32,030 nt of DNA from a virus (Duplodnaviria; Heunggongvirae; Uroviricota; Caudoviricetes), in IMG/VR virus record IMGVR_UViG_2778261510_000008; one strand, 5' to 3'. The notes under the pieces are model-generated. The model was not told the DNA's origin and did not search any database. It worked only from the letters and a program-made list of their open reading frames with translations. Position numbers and translations under genes: made by a program. Of this stretch, positions 8,413 through 17,066 are shown one piece after another (position 1 is the first letter of the stretch; each line of letters opens with the position of its first letter).

Positions 8413-8571
8413 TAATACATCCTTTTGTCTGTAAAGAGCTTCTGTGAGAAGCGCATTATACTGCATTAAGCTGCATTAGTTTTCTACATGTTAATTGATG
8501 TCTACAAAGTAGATTTGACAAGTTTTTGAGGTGGGCGTGCACTTGCATTCAAACCGACCCATGAAGCGGGC

Positions 8572-8590
8572 GGGCGAGGCGGGGAAAGCA
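8572..8590. other. cos site: 19-nt sequence GGCGAGGCGGGGAAAGCAC matching the recalled P2 cohesive end
   Basis: Exact 19-mer located just past Q, where P2 cos lies; surrounded by GC/GT-rich non-coding DNA. Confidence 0.7.
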
Positions 8591-8733
8591 CTGCGCGCTG
8601 GCGGTGGTGCTGATTTTATTTTTTTAGCGTCTCAGCGCGTCGTGATGGCGTTTAGATTGTGCGCCGGGGCGTTAGTGTGTCTGCGGGGTGTTTTGTGCGG
8701 TGGTGAGCGTGTGAGGGCGTGATGACGGGGTGT

Positions 8734-8755
8734 AAAAAAGCCGCCCGCAGGCGGC
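8734..8755 (-). terminator. Rho-independent terminator downstream of Q (minus strand)
   Basis: GCCGCC-cgca-GGCGGC hairpin followed on the minus strand by a 6-T run (A-run 8734..8739 on plus). Confidence 0.6.
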
Positions 8756-8760
8756 GATGT

Positions 8761-9795
8761 TCAGCCGTTGTCAGTGTCCAGTGAGTAGTTTTTAAAGCGG
8801 ATGACCTCCTGACCGAGCCAGCCGTTTATCTCACGGATCCTGTCCTGTAACGGGATAAGCTCATTGCGGACAAAGACCTTTGCCACTTTCTCAATATCAC
8901 CCAGCGACCCGACGTTCTCCGGCTTGCCGCCCATCAACTGAAAGGGGATGCGGTGCGCGTCCAGCAGGTCTGCGGCACTGGCTTTTTTGATATTAAAAAA
9001 ATCGTCCTTCGTCGCCACTTCACTGAGCGGGATAATTTTAATGCCGTCGGCTTTTCCCTGTGGGGCATAGAGAAACAGGTTTTTAAAGTTGTTGCGGCCT
9101 TTCGACTTCACCATGTTTTCGCGAAGCATTTCGATATCGTTGCGATCCTGCACGGCATCAGTGACGTACATGATGTATCCGGCATGTGCGCCGTTTTCGT
9201 AATACTTGCGGCGGAACAGCGTGGCCGACTCATTCAGCCAGGCAGAGTTAAGGGCGCTGAGATATTCCGGCAGGCCGTACAGCTCCTGATTAATATCCGG
9301 CTCCAGCAGGTGAAACACGGAGCCGGGCGTGAAAGGTGTCGGCTCGTTGAAGGACGGCACCCACCAGTAAACATCCTCCTCCACCCCACGGCGGGTATAT
9401 TTTGCCGGTGAGGTTTCCAGTCTGATGACCTTACCGGTAGTGCTGTAACGCTTTTCCAGAAACGCATTACCGAACACCAGAAAATCCAGCACAAAGCGGC
9501 TGAAATCCTGCTGAGAAAGCCACGGATGCGGGATAAATGTCGAGGCCAGAATATTGCGTTTGACGTAAATTGGTGAGCTGTGATGCACGGCAGCACGCAG
9601 GCTTTTTGCCAGACCAGTAAAGCTGACCGGTGGCTCATACCATCTGCCGTTACTGATGCACTCGACGTAATCCAGAATGTCACGGCGGTCGAGTACCGGC
9701 ACTGGCTCACCAAAGGTGAATGCCTCCATTTTCGGGGCGCTGGCGGTCATTTTTTTTGCCGCAGGTTGCTGTGTTTTCCCTTTTTTCTTGCTCAT
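8761..9795 (-). CDS. Q: Portal protein, P2 gpQ-like
   Basis: 344-aa ORF, ATGA overlap with P stop, adjacent to cos; size and order as P2 Q. Confidence 0.9.
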   Translation of the reverse strand: MSKKKGKTQQPAAKKMTASAPKMEAFTFGEPVPVLDRRDILDYVECISNGRWYEPPVSFTGLAKSLRAAVHHSSPIYVKRNILASTFIPHPWLSQQDFSRFVLDFLVFGNAFLEKRYSTTGKVIRLETSPAKYTRRGVEEDVYWWVPSFNEPTPFTPGSVFHLLEPDINQELYGLPEYLSALNSAWLNESATLFRRKYYENGAHAGYIMYVTDAVQDRNDIEMLRENMVKSKGRNNFKNLFLYAPQGKADGIKIIPLSEVATKDDFFNIKKASAADLLDAHRIPFQLMGGKPENVGSLGDIEKVAKVFVRNELIPLQDRIREINGWLGQEVIRFKNYSLDTDNG

Positions 9796-11567
9796 CAGTA
9801 AAACTCCAGAATGGTGGATGTCAGCGGGGTGCTGATACCGGCGGTGAGTGGCTCATTTAACAGGGCGTGCATGGTCGCCCAGGCGAGGTCGGCGTGGCTG
9901 GCTTCCTCGCTGCGGCTAGCCTCATACGTGGCGCTGCGTCCGCTGCTGGTCATGGTCTTGCGGATAGCCATAAACGAGCTGGTGATGTCGGTGGCGCTGA
10001 CGTCATATTCCAGACAGCCACGGCGGATAACGTCTTTGGCCTTGAGCACCATTGCGGTTTTCATTTCCGGCGTGTAGCGGATATCGCGCGCGGCAGGATA
10101 GAACGAGCGCACGAGCTGGAACACGCCGACACCGAGGCCGGTGGCATCAATACCGATGTATTCTACGTTGTATTTTTCGGTGAGTTTGCGGATGGATTCA
10201 GCCTGAGTGGCAAAGTCCATGCCTTTCCACTGGTGACGCTCAAGTATTCTGAATTTGCCACCGGCCACCACCGGCGGTGCCAGCACCACGCATCCGGCGC
10301 TGTCGCCACGGTGTGACGGGTCGTAACCAATCCATACCGGGCGGGAGCCGAACGGATTGGCGGCAAACGGCGCATAGTCTTCCCATTCTTCCAGCGTGTC
10401 GACCATGCAGCGTTGCAGCTCCTCAAACGGGAACACCGACGCCTTGTCGTCAACAAATTCACACATGAACAGGTTTTTAAAATCGTCGGCGCTGTTTTCG
10501 CGTTTGAGCTGCTCAATGTCGAACAGCGTGCAGCCGCCTTTCAGGGCATCCTCAATGGTGACAATCTGCCGCCACTGGCCGTCCGCACAGAGAAGCCCAC
10601 CGGCAAGGGCGTTATGACTGACGTCGATTTCCACGCGTTCGGCGGCGCTGGCGCGTCCCCGGTTGAACAGTTCACCCGACCAGAACGGGTAGGCGTCGTG
10701 CGCCAGCGTGGACGGGGTGGAGAAATAGGTCGAACGCAGGTGACTCTGTGAGGCCATACCTGATGCCACCTTACGCAGTACCTGAAAATTCGGGATCCAG
10801 AAAATCTCGTCGACGTACAGGTCGCCGTTATGGCTCTGTGCGGTGTTGGAGTTGGTGCCGAGAAAAATCAGTTTTGCGCCGTTATTGCCCAGGACAATCG
10901 GGTCACCGGTCAGGTCAACGTCAACCAGACGGGCAAAGGCGATGATGTATTCGCGGAACACATACGCCTGCGTTTTACTGGCCGACAGAAAAATCTGGTT
11001 ATGGCCGGTTTTCAGGGCGCGCAGCAGCGCCTCGCGGGAAAAATAAAACGTCGCGCCAATCTGGCGGGATTTCAGGATATCGCGGATGCGGTGCTCAAGC
11101 CCGGCGCGATACCAGTGCAACTGATAGTCGAAAGACTGCTCAAAGAAAATCTGCTCCAGCTTTTCGATGGCCTCGTCACTGAAAAAATTCTTTTTCGGTT
11201 TGCGCCGCCCGCCTTTGTTGCGGTTAGCGACGTTCGGATTAAGGTCTGCCTCGTTGCCGGTCTGACTGTAACGGTTTACCCGTGCCAGTCGTTCAATCTG
11301 GCGTCCCAGCAGGTCAATTTCCTTGAAGTCACCGCCGGTTTTCTGCGGTTTGATGATGAGCTGGGTCAGCCGCGCTTCCAGACTCATTTCGACACGGCTG
11401 ATGGGGGCAACACTGTCCCAGCCGTCGCGCTGTTTCCAGCTCTGCACCGTCGGGCGTTTCATCTGCAACATGGCGGCAATCTGCGGCACGGAAAACCCCT
11501 GCCAGTACAGCAGCGCCGCCTGACGACGCGGGTCGTGTAAAAGAGTGGTGTCTGTGGTGATGGTCAT
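9795..11567 (-). CDS. P: Terminase large (ATPase) subunit, P2 gpP-like
   Basis: 590 aa from ATG at 11567 (MTITTDTT...); divergent from O as in P2. Confidence 0.9.
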   Translation of the reverse strand: MTITTDTTLLHDPRRQAALLYWQGFSVPQIAAMLQMKRPTVQSWKQRDGWDSVAPISRVEMSLEARLTQLIIKPQKTGGDFKEIDLLGRQIERLARVNRYSQTGNEADLNPNVANRNKGGRRKPKKNFFSDEAIEKLEQIFFEQSFDYQLHWYRAGLEHRIRDILKSRQIGATFYFSREALLRALKTGHNQIFLSASKTQAYVFREYIIAFARLVDVDLTGDPIVLGNNGAKLIFLGTNSNTAQSHNGDLYVDEIFWIPNFQVLRKVASGMASQSHLRSTYFSTPSTLAHDAYPFWSGELFNRGRASAAERVEIDVSHNALAGGLLCADGQWRQIVTIEDALKGGCTLFDIEQLKRENSADDFKNLFMCEFVDDKASVFPFEELQRCMVDTLEEWEDYAPFAANPFGSRPVWIGYDPSHRGDSAGCVVLAPPVVAGGKFRILERHQWKGMDFATQAESIRKLTEKYNVEYIGIDATGLGVGVFQLVRSFYPAARDIRYTPEMKTAMVLKAKDVIRRGCLEYDVSATDITSSFMAIRKTMTSSGRSATYEASRSEEASHADLAWATMHALLNEPLTAGISTPLTSTILEFY

Positions 11568-11740
11568 GAATACCTCGCCGTGATGAATACACGGCAAGGC
11601 TACTGAGTCGCGCCCCGCGATTCGCTAAGGTGCTGTTGTGTCAGTGATAAGCCATCCGGGACTGATGGCGGAGGATGCGCATCGTCGGGAAACTGATGCC
11701 GACATGTGACTCCTCTAATCACTATTCAGGACTCCTGACA

Positions 11741-12595
11741 ATGGCAAAAAAAGTCTCAAAATTCTTTCGTATCGGCGTTGAGGGTGACACCTGTGACGGG
11801 CGTGTCATCAGTGCGCAGGATATTCAGGAAATGGCCGAAACCTTTGACCCGCGAGTCTATGGTTGCCGCATTAACCTGGAACATCTGCGCGGCGTCCTGC
11901 CTGACGGTATTTTTAAGCGTTATGGCGATGTGGTCGAACTGAAGGCCGAAAAGATTGACGATGATTCGGCGCTGAAAGGCAAATGGGCGCTGTTTGCGAA
12001 AATCACCCCGACCGATGACCTTATCGCGATGAACAAGGCCGCGCAGAAGGTCTATACCTCAATGGAAATTCAGCCGAACTTTGCCAATACAGGCAAATGT
12101 TATCTGGTGGGTCTGGCCGTCACCGATGACCCGGCAAGCCTCGGCACGGAATACCTGGAATTCTGCCGCACGGCAAAACACAACCCCCTGAACCGCTTCA
12201 AATTAAGCCCTGAAAACCTGATTTCAGTGGCAACGCCCGTTGAGCTGGAATTTGAAGACCTGCCTGAAACCGTGTTCACCGCCCTGACCGAAAAGGTGAA
12301 GTCCATTTTTGGCCGCAAACAGGCCAGCGATGACGCCCGTCTGAATGACGTGCATGAAGCGGTGACCGCTGTTGCTGAACATGTGCAGGAAAAACTGAGC
12401 GCCACTGAGCAGCGCCTCGCTGAGATGGAAACCGCTTTTTCCGCACTTAAGCAGGATGTGACTGACAGGGCGGATGAAACCAGTCAGGCATTCACCCGCC
12501 TGAAAAACAGTCTCGACCACACCGAAAGTCTGACCCAGCAGCGCCGCAGCAAAGCCACCGGCGGTGGCGGTGACGCCCTGATGACGAACTGCTGA
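11741..12595 (+). CDS. O: Capsid scaffolding protein, P2 gpO-like
   Basis: ~284 aa from ATG at 11741 (MAKKVSKFF...) inside ORF 11675..12595; first gene of O-N-M-L operon. Confidence 0.85.
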   Translation: MAKKVSKFFRIGVEGDTCDGRVISAQDIQEMAETFDPRVYGCRINLEHLRGVLPDGIFKRYGDVVELKAEKIDDDSALKGKWALFAKITPTDDLIAMNKAAQKVYTSMEIQPNFANTGKCYLVGLAVTDDPASLGTEYLEFCRTAKHNPLNRFKLSPENLISVATPVELEFEDLPETVFTALTEKVKSIFGRKQASDDARLNDVHEAVTAVAEHVQEKLSATEQRLAEMETAFSALKQDVTDRADETSQAFTRLKNSLDHTESLTQQRRSKATGGGGDALMTNC

Positions 12596-12653
12596 CCGGC
12601 GTCAGTCAGTCCGGGAAAACCTTCACGATTAACCCTTAATTTCAGGAAAAACT

Positions 12654-13727
12654 ATGCGCCAGGAAACCCGCTTTAAATTTAATGCCTACCTGTCCCGTGT
12701 TGCCGAACTGAACGGCATCGACGCCGGTGATGTGTCGAAAAAATTCACCGTTGAACCGTCGGTCACCCAGACCCTGATGAACACCATGCAGGAGTCCTCT
12801 GACTTTCTGACCCGCATCAACATTGTGCCGGTCAGCGAAATGAAAGGGGAAAAAATTGGTATTGGTGTCACCGGCTCCATCGCCAGCACCACCGACACCG
12901 CCGGTGGCACCGAGCGTCAGCCGAAGGACTTCTCGAAGCTGGCGTCAAACAAGTACGAATGCGACCAGATTAACTTCGATTTTTATATCCGCTACAAAAC
13001 GCTGGACCTGTGGGCGCGTTATCAGGATTTCCAGCTCCGTGTCCGTAATGCCATTATCAAACGCCAGTCCCTTGATTTCATCATGGCCGGTTTTAACGGC
13101 GTGAAGCGTGCCGAAACCTCTGACCGCAGCAGCAATCCGATGCTGCAGGATGTGGCGGTCGGCTGGCTGCAGAAATACCGCAATGAAGCCCCGGCGCGCG
13201 TGATGAGCAAGGTCACTGACGAGGAAGGGCACACCACCTCTGAGGTCATCCGCGTGGGTAAGGGCGGTGATTATGCCAGCCTTGATGCACTGGTGATGGA
13301 TGCGACCAACAACCTGATTGAGCCGTGGTATCAGGAAGACCCTGACCTTGTGGTGATTGTGGGACGTCAGCTACTGGCGGACAAGTATTTTCCCATCGTC
13401 AACAAGGAGCAGGACAACAGCGAAATGCTGGCCGCTGACGTCATCATCAGCCAGAAACGCATCGGCAACCTGCCGGCGGTACGCGTCCCGTACTTCCCGG
13501 CGGATGCGATGCTCATCACGAAGCTGGAAAACCTGTCCATCTACTACATGGATGACAGCCATCGCCGCGTGATTGAGGAAAACCCGAAACTCGACCGCGT
13601 GGAGAACTACGAGTCAATGAACATTGATTACGTGGTGGAGGACTACGCCGCCGGTTGTCTGGTGGAAAAAATTAAGGTCGGTGATTTCTCCACACCGGCT
13701 AAAGCGACCGCAGAGCCGGGAGCGTAA
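12654..13727 (+). CDS. N: Major capsid protein, P2 gpN-like
   Basis: 357-aa ORF, size and position as P2 N. Confidence 0.9.
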   Translation: MRQETRFKFNAYLSRVAELNGIDAGDVSKKFTVEPSVTQTLMNTMQESSDFLTRINIVPVSEMKGEKIGIGVTGSIASTTDTAGGTERQPKDFSKLASNKYECDQINFDFYIRYKTLDLWARYQDFQLRVRNAIIKRQSLDFIMAGFNGVKRAETSDRSSNPMLQDVAVGWLQKYRNEAPARVMSKVTDEEGHTTSEVIRVGKGGDYASLDALVMDATNNLIEPWYQEDPDLVVIVGRQLLADKYFPIVNKEQDNSEMLAADVIISQKRIGNLPAVRVPYFPADAMLITKLENLSIYYMDDSHRRVIEENPKLDRVENYESMNIDYVVEDYAAGCLVEKIKVGDFSTPAKATAEPGA

Positions 13728-13730
13728 CCG

Positions 13731-14474
13731 ATGACGAGTCCCGCACAGCGCCACATGATGCGGGTCTCGGCAGCGATGACCGCGCAGCGGGAAGCCGCCC
13801 CGCTGCGACATGCAACTGTCTATGAGCAGATGCTGGTCAAGCTGTCCGCAGACCAGCGCACACTGAAAGCGATTTATTCAAAAGAGCTGAAGGCCGCGAA
13901 AAAACGCGAACTGCTGCCGTTCTGGTTGCCGTGGGTGAACGGCGTGCTGGAGCAGGGCAAAGGTGCACAGGATGACATTCTGATGACGGTCATGCTGTGG
14001 CGTCTGGATACCGGCGATATTGCCGGTGCGCTGGAGATTGCCCGTTATGCCCTGAAGTACGGTCTGACCATGCCGGGTAAACACCGCCGCCCCCCGCCGT
14101 ACATGTTCACCGAGGAGGTGGCGCTCGCGGCCATGCGCGCTCACGCTGCCGGTGAATCCGTGGATACCCGCCTGCTGACGGACACCCTCGAACTGACCGC
14201 CACGGCTGACATGCCTGATGAGGTGCGCGCAAAGCTGCACAAAATCACCGGTCTGTTTCTGCGTGACGGTGGTGATGCCGCAGGGGCGCTGGCTCACCTG
14301 CAACGTGCGACACAGCTCGACTGTCAGGCTGGCGTCAAAAAAGAGATTGAACGACTGGAGCGGGAGCTGAAACCGAAGCCGGAGCCGCAGCCAAAAGCGG
14401 CCACCCGCGCCCCGCGTAAGACCCGGAGCGTGACACCGGCAAAACGTGGACGCCCGAAAAAGAAAGCCAGTTAA
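13731..14474 (+). CDS. M: Terminase small/endonuclease subunit, P2 gpM-like
   Basis: 247-aa ORF with basic lysine-rich C-terminus, following N. Confidence 0.85.
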   Translation: MTSPAQRHMMRVSAAMTAQREAAPLRHATVYEQMLVKLSADQRTLKAIYSKELKAAKKRELLPFWLPWVNGVLEQGKGAQDDILMTVMLWRLDTGDIAGALEIARYALKYGLTMPGKHRRPPPYMFTEEVALAAMRAHAAGESVDTRLLTDTLELTATADMPDEVRAKLHKITGLFLRDGGDAAGALAHLQRATQLDCQAGVKKEIERLERELKPKPEPQPKAATRAPRKTRSVTPAKRGRPKKKAS

Positions 14475-14573
14475 CAACCGAATGCGCCCCGCGCCAGGGC
14501 GGCACGCCGGTCAGTGAGGGTGAATCACCTGACACTGCACCGGCGTCCACCGCCCGACTTTTCAGAGGTAGTC

Positions 14574-15083
14574 ATGATGACGCTGATTATTCCGCGAAAG
14601 GAGGCTCCCGTGTCCGGTGAGGGTACGGTGGTCATCCCGCAACCGGCAGGCGACGAGCCGGTGATTAAAAACACGTTCTTTTTTCCCGATATCGATCCGA
14701 AGCGCGTCCGGGAACGTATGCGCCTTGAGCAGACCGTCGCCTCCGCCCGTCTGCGTGAGGCCATCAAGTCAGGCATGGCGGAGACGAATGCGGAGCTGTA
14801 CGAGTACCGCGAACAGAAAATTGCCGCCGGTTTTACGCGTCTGGCGGACGTCCCGGCGGACGACATCGACGGTGAAAGCATCAAAGTTTTTTACTACGAG
14901 CGCGCCGTGTGTGCGATGGCGACCGCGTCGCTTTATGAGCGTTATCGCGGCGTGGATGCCAGTGCGAAAGGCGACAAGAAGGCTGACAGCATTGACAGCA
15001 CCATTGATGAACTGTGGCGGGATATGCGCTGGGCGGTGGCGCGTATCCAGGACAAGCCACGCTGCATCGTGAGTCAAATCTGA
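14574..15083 (+). CDS. L: Capsid completion protein, P2 gpL-like
   Basis: 169 aa from ATG at 14574 (MMTLIIPRK...) with GAGG SD; the track ORF starts at an upstream GTG. Confidence 0.85.
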   Translation: MMTLIIPRKEAPVSGEGTVVIPQPAGDEPVIKNTFFFPDIDPKRVRERMRLEQTVASARLREAIKSGMAETNAELYEYREQKIAAGFTRLADVPADDIDGESIKVFYYERAVCAMATASLYERYRGVDASAKGDKKADSIDSTIDELWRDMRWAVARIQDKPRCIVSQI

Positions 15084-15286
15084 TGAAGACCTTTGCGCTA
15101 CAGGGCGACACGCTCGACGCCATTTGTGTCCGGTATTACGGGCGCACTGAGGGCGTGGTTGAGACCGTGCTCGCCGCAAATCCGGGACTGGCTGAACTGG
15201 GTGCGGTGCTGCCACACGGCACCGCCGTCGAACTGCCCGACGTTCAGACCGCGCCCGTGGCTGAAACTGTCAATCTGTGGGAGTAA
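15083..15286 (+). CDS. X: Small tail protein, P2 gpX-like
   Basis: 67 aa from ATG at 15083 (ATGA overlap with L stop); MKTFALQGDTLDAI... Confidence 0.8.
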   Translation: MKTFALQGDTLDAICVRYYGRTEGVVETVLAANPGLAELGAVLPHGTAVELPDVQTAPVAETVNLWE

Positions 15287-15289
15287 CGC

Positions 15290-15571
15290 ATGACAGCAGA
15301 AGAAAAAAGCGTCCTGTCGCTTTTCATGATTGGGGTGCTGATTGTTGTCGGCAAGGTGCTTGCCGGTGGTGAACCCATCACCCCGCGTCTGTTTATCGGG
15401 CGCATGTTGCTCGGTGGTTTTGTCTCGATGGTTGCCGGTGTTGTTCTGGTGCAGTTTCCTGACCTGTCACTGCCTGCGGTGTGCGGCATCGGCTCCATGC
15501 TGGGTATCGCCGGTTATCAGGTGATTGAGATTGCCATTCAGCGCCGCTTTAAGGGCAGGGGGAAACCGTAA
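15290..15571 (+). CDS. Y: Holin, P2 gpY-like
   Basis: 93 aa with hydrophobic transmembrane stretches, immediately before the endolysin. Confidence 0.85.
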   Translation: MTAEEKSVLSLFMIGVLIVVGKVLAGGEPITPRLFIGRMLLGGFVSMVAGVVLVQFPDLSLPAVCGIGSMLGIAGYQVIEIAIQRRFKGRGKP

Positions 15572-16068
15572 TGCCGGTAATTAACACGCATCAGAATATC
15601 GCCGCCTTTCTCGACATGCTGGCCGTGTCCGAAGGGACGGCGAACCATCCGCTGACGAAAAACCGGGGCTATGACGTGATAGTCACCGGACTGGATGGAA
15701 AGCCGGAAATCTTCACCGACTACAGTGACCACCCGTTCGCACATGGTCGACCGGCGAAGGTGTTTAACCGTCGCGGTGAAAAATCCACGGCCTCCGGTCG
15801 CTATCAGCAGCTTTACCTGTTCTGGCCGCATTACCGCAAACAGCTTGCCCTGCCGGATTTCAGTCCGTTGTCACAGGACAGACTCGCCATTCAGTTGATC
15901 CGCGAACGCGGTGCGCTGGATGACATCCGGGCGGGACGCATTGAGCGCGCCATTTCACGCTGTCGCAATATCTGGGCGTCCCTGCCGGGTGCCGGTTACG
16001 GTCAGCGTGAGCATTCACTGGAAAAACTGGTCACCGTCTGGCGTACCGCCGGCGGCGTACCGGCTTAA
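15571..16068 (+). CDS. K: Endolysin (lysozyme), P2 gpK-like
   Basis: 165-aa ORF in the lysis cassette, size and position as P2 K. Confidence 0.85.
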   Translation: MPVINTHQNIAAFLDMLAVSEGTANHPLTKNRGYDVIVTGLDGKPEIFTDYSDHPFAHGRPAKVFNRRGEKSTASGRYQQLYLFWPHYRKQLALPDFSPLSQDRLAIQLIRERGALDDIRAGRIERAISRCRNIWASLPGAGYGQREHSLEKLVTVWRTAGGVPA

Positions 16069-16082
16069 ACGGAGTAAATACC

Positions 16083-16508
16083 ATGAAGAAATTATCCCTT
16101 TCACTGATGCTGAACGTGTCGCTGGCGCTGATGCTGGCACTGTCCCTGATTTACCCGCAGAGCGTGGCCGTCAATTTTGTCGCCGCCTGGGCGATTCTGG
16201 TGACGGTTATCTGTGTGGTTGCCGGTGGTGTCGGCGTGTATGCCACTGAGTATGTGCTGGAACGCTACGGGCGGGAGCTGCCGCCGGAATCGCTGGCCGT
16301 GAAGATTGTCACGGCGCTGTTATTGCAGCCGGTGCCGTGGCGCAGGCGGTCAGTGGCTCTGGTAGTGATGGTGGCGACGTTTATCTCGCTGGTCGCTGCC
16401 GGGTGGATTTTTACTGCGCTGATTTACCTCGTGGCGTCGCTGTTCTTCCGGCTGATACGTACGGCCTGCCGTCAGCGTTTTGAGGGGCGGGAACCATGTC
16501 AAAACTGA
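16083..16508 (+). CDS. lysA: Lysis timing membrane protein LysA-like
   Basis: 141 aa, multiple hydrophobic helices, position after K. Confidence 0.8.
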   Translation: MKKLSLSLMLNVSLALMLALSLIYPQSVAVNFVAAWAILVTVICVVAGGVGVYATEYVLERYGRELPPESLAVKIVTALLLQPVPWRRRSVALVVMVATFISLVAAGWIFTALIYLVASLFFRLIRTACRQRFEGREPCQN

Positions 16509-16921
16509 TGATTGTGCTGGTTGTGTTGTTATCACTGGCGGTGGCGGGGCTGTTTCTGGCGAAGCATGAAAACGCCAGCCTGCGCGCCTCGCTGGACAGG
16601 GCAAACAATGTCGCCAGCGGGCAGCAGATGACCATCACCATGCTGAAAAAACAGTTTCATGTTGCGCTCACCAGGGCAGATAAAAACGAGCTGGCGCAGG
16701 TTGCACTGCGTCAGGAACTGGAAAACGCCGCGAAGCGTGAAGCACAGCGCGAGAAAACCATCACGAGGTTACTGAATGAAAACGAAGATTTTCGCCGCTG
16801 GTACGGCGCTGACCTGCCTGATGCTGTGCGCCGGTTGCACCAGCGCCCGGCCTGCACTGACGCCAGTGATTGTCCACAACGCCTGCCCGAAAGTGAGCCT
16901 TTGCCCGATGCCGGGCAGTGA
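16496..16921 (+). CDS. lysB: Inner-membrane spanin (Rz-like) LysB
   Basis: 141 aa, N-terminal TM segment then charged coiled-coil-like region. Confidence 0.8.
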   Translation: MSKLMIVLVVLLSLAVAGLFLAKHENASLRASLDRANNVASGQQMTITMLKKQFHVALTRADKNELAQVALRQELENAAKREAQREKTITRLLNENEDFRRWYGADLPDAVRRLHQRPACTDASDCPQRLPESEPLPDAGQ

Positions 16922-17066
16922 CCCGGAGACGAACGGTGATTTAAGTGCCGATATCCGGCAGCTTGAGAACGCGCTGGCACGCTGTGCCAGCCAGGTAAAA
17001 ATGATTAAACACTGTCAGGACGAAAACGATGCTCAAACCCGACAGCCTTCGCAGGGCGCTGACTGA
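16776..17066 (+). CDS. lysC: Outer-membrane lipoprotein spanin (Rz1-like) LysC, starting inside lysB in another frame
   Basis: 96 aa with signal peptide and lipobox LCAGC; overlaps lysB 16776..16921. Confidence 0.75.
   Translation: MKTKIFAAGTALTCLMLCAGCTSARPALTPVIVHNACPKVSLCPMPGSDPETNGDLSADIRQLENALARCASQVKMIKHCQDENDAQTRQPSQGAD

Noticed and set aside
8531-8722. 63-aa ORF across the cos region
   Set aside because: Covers the cos 19-mer and G/T-rich packaging repeats; no SD, low-complexity Gly/Ala/Arg translation; non-coding.
11568-11740. Ogr-responsive late promoter elements (TGT-N12-ACA) in the divergent P/O intergenic region and upstream of the sheath gene
   Set aside because: Such sites are expected from P2 biology, but I could not find a clean TGT-N12-ACA dyad by eye, so no site is reported.
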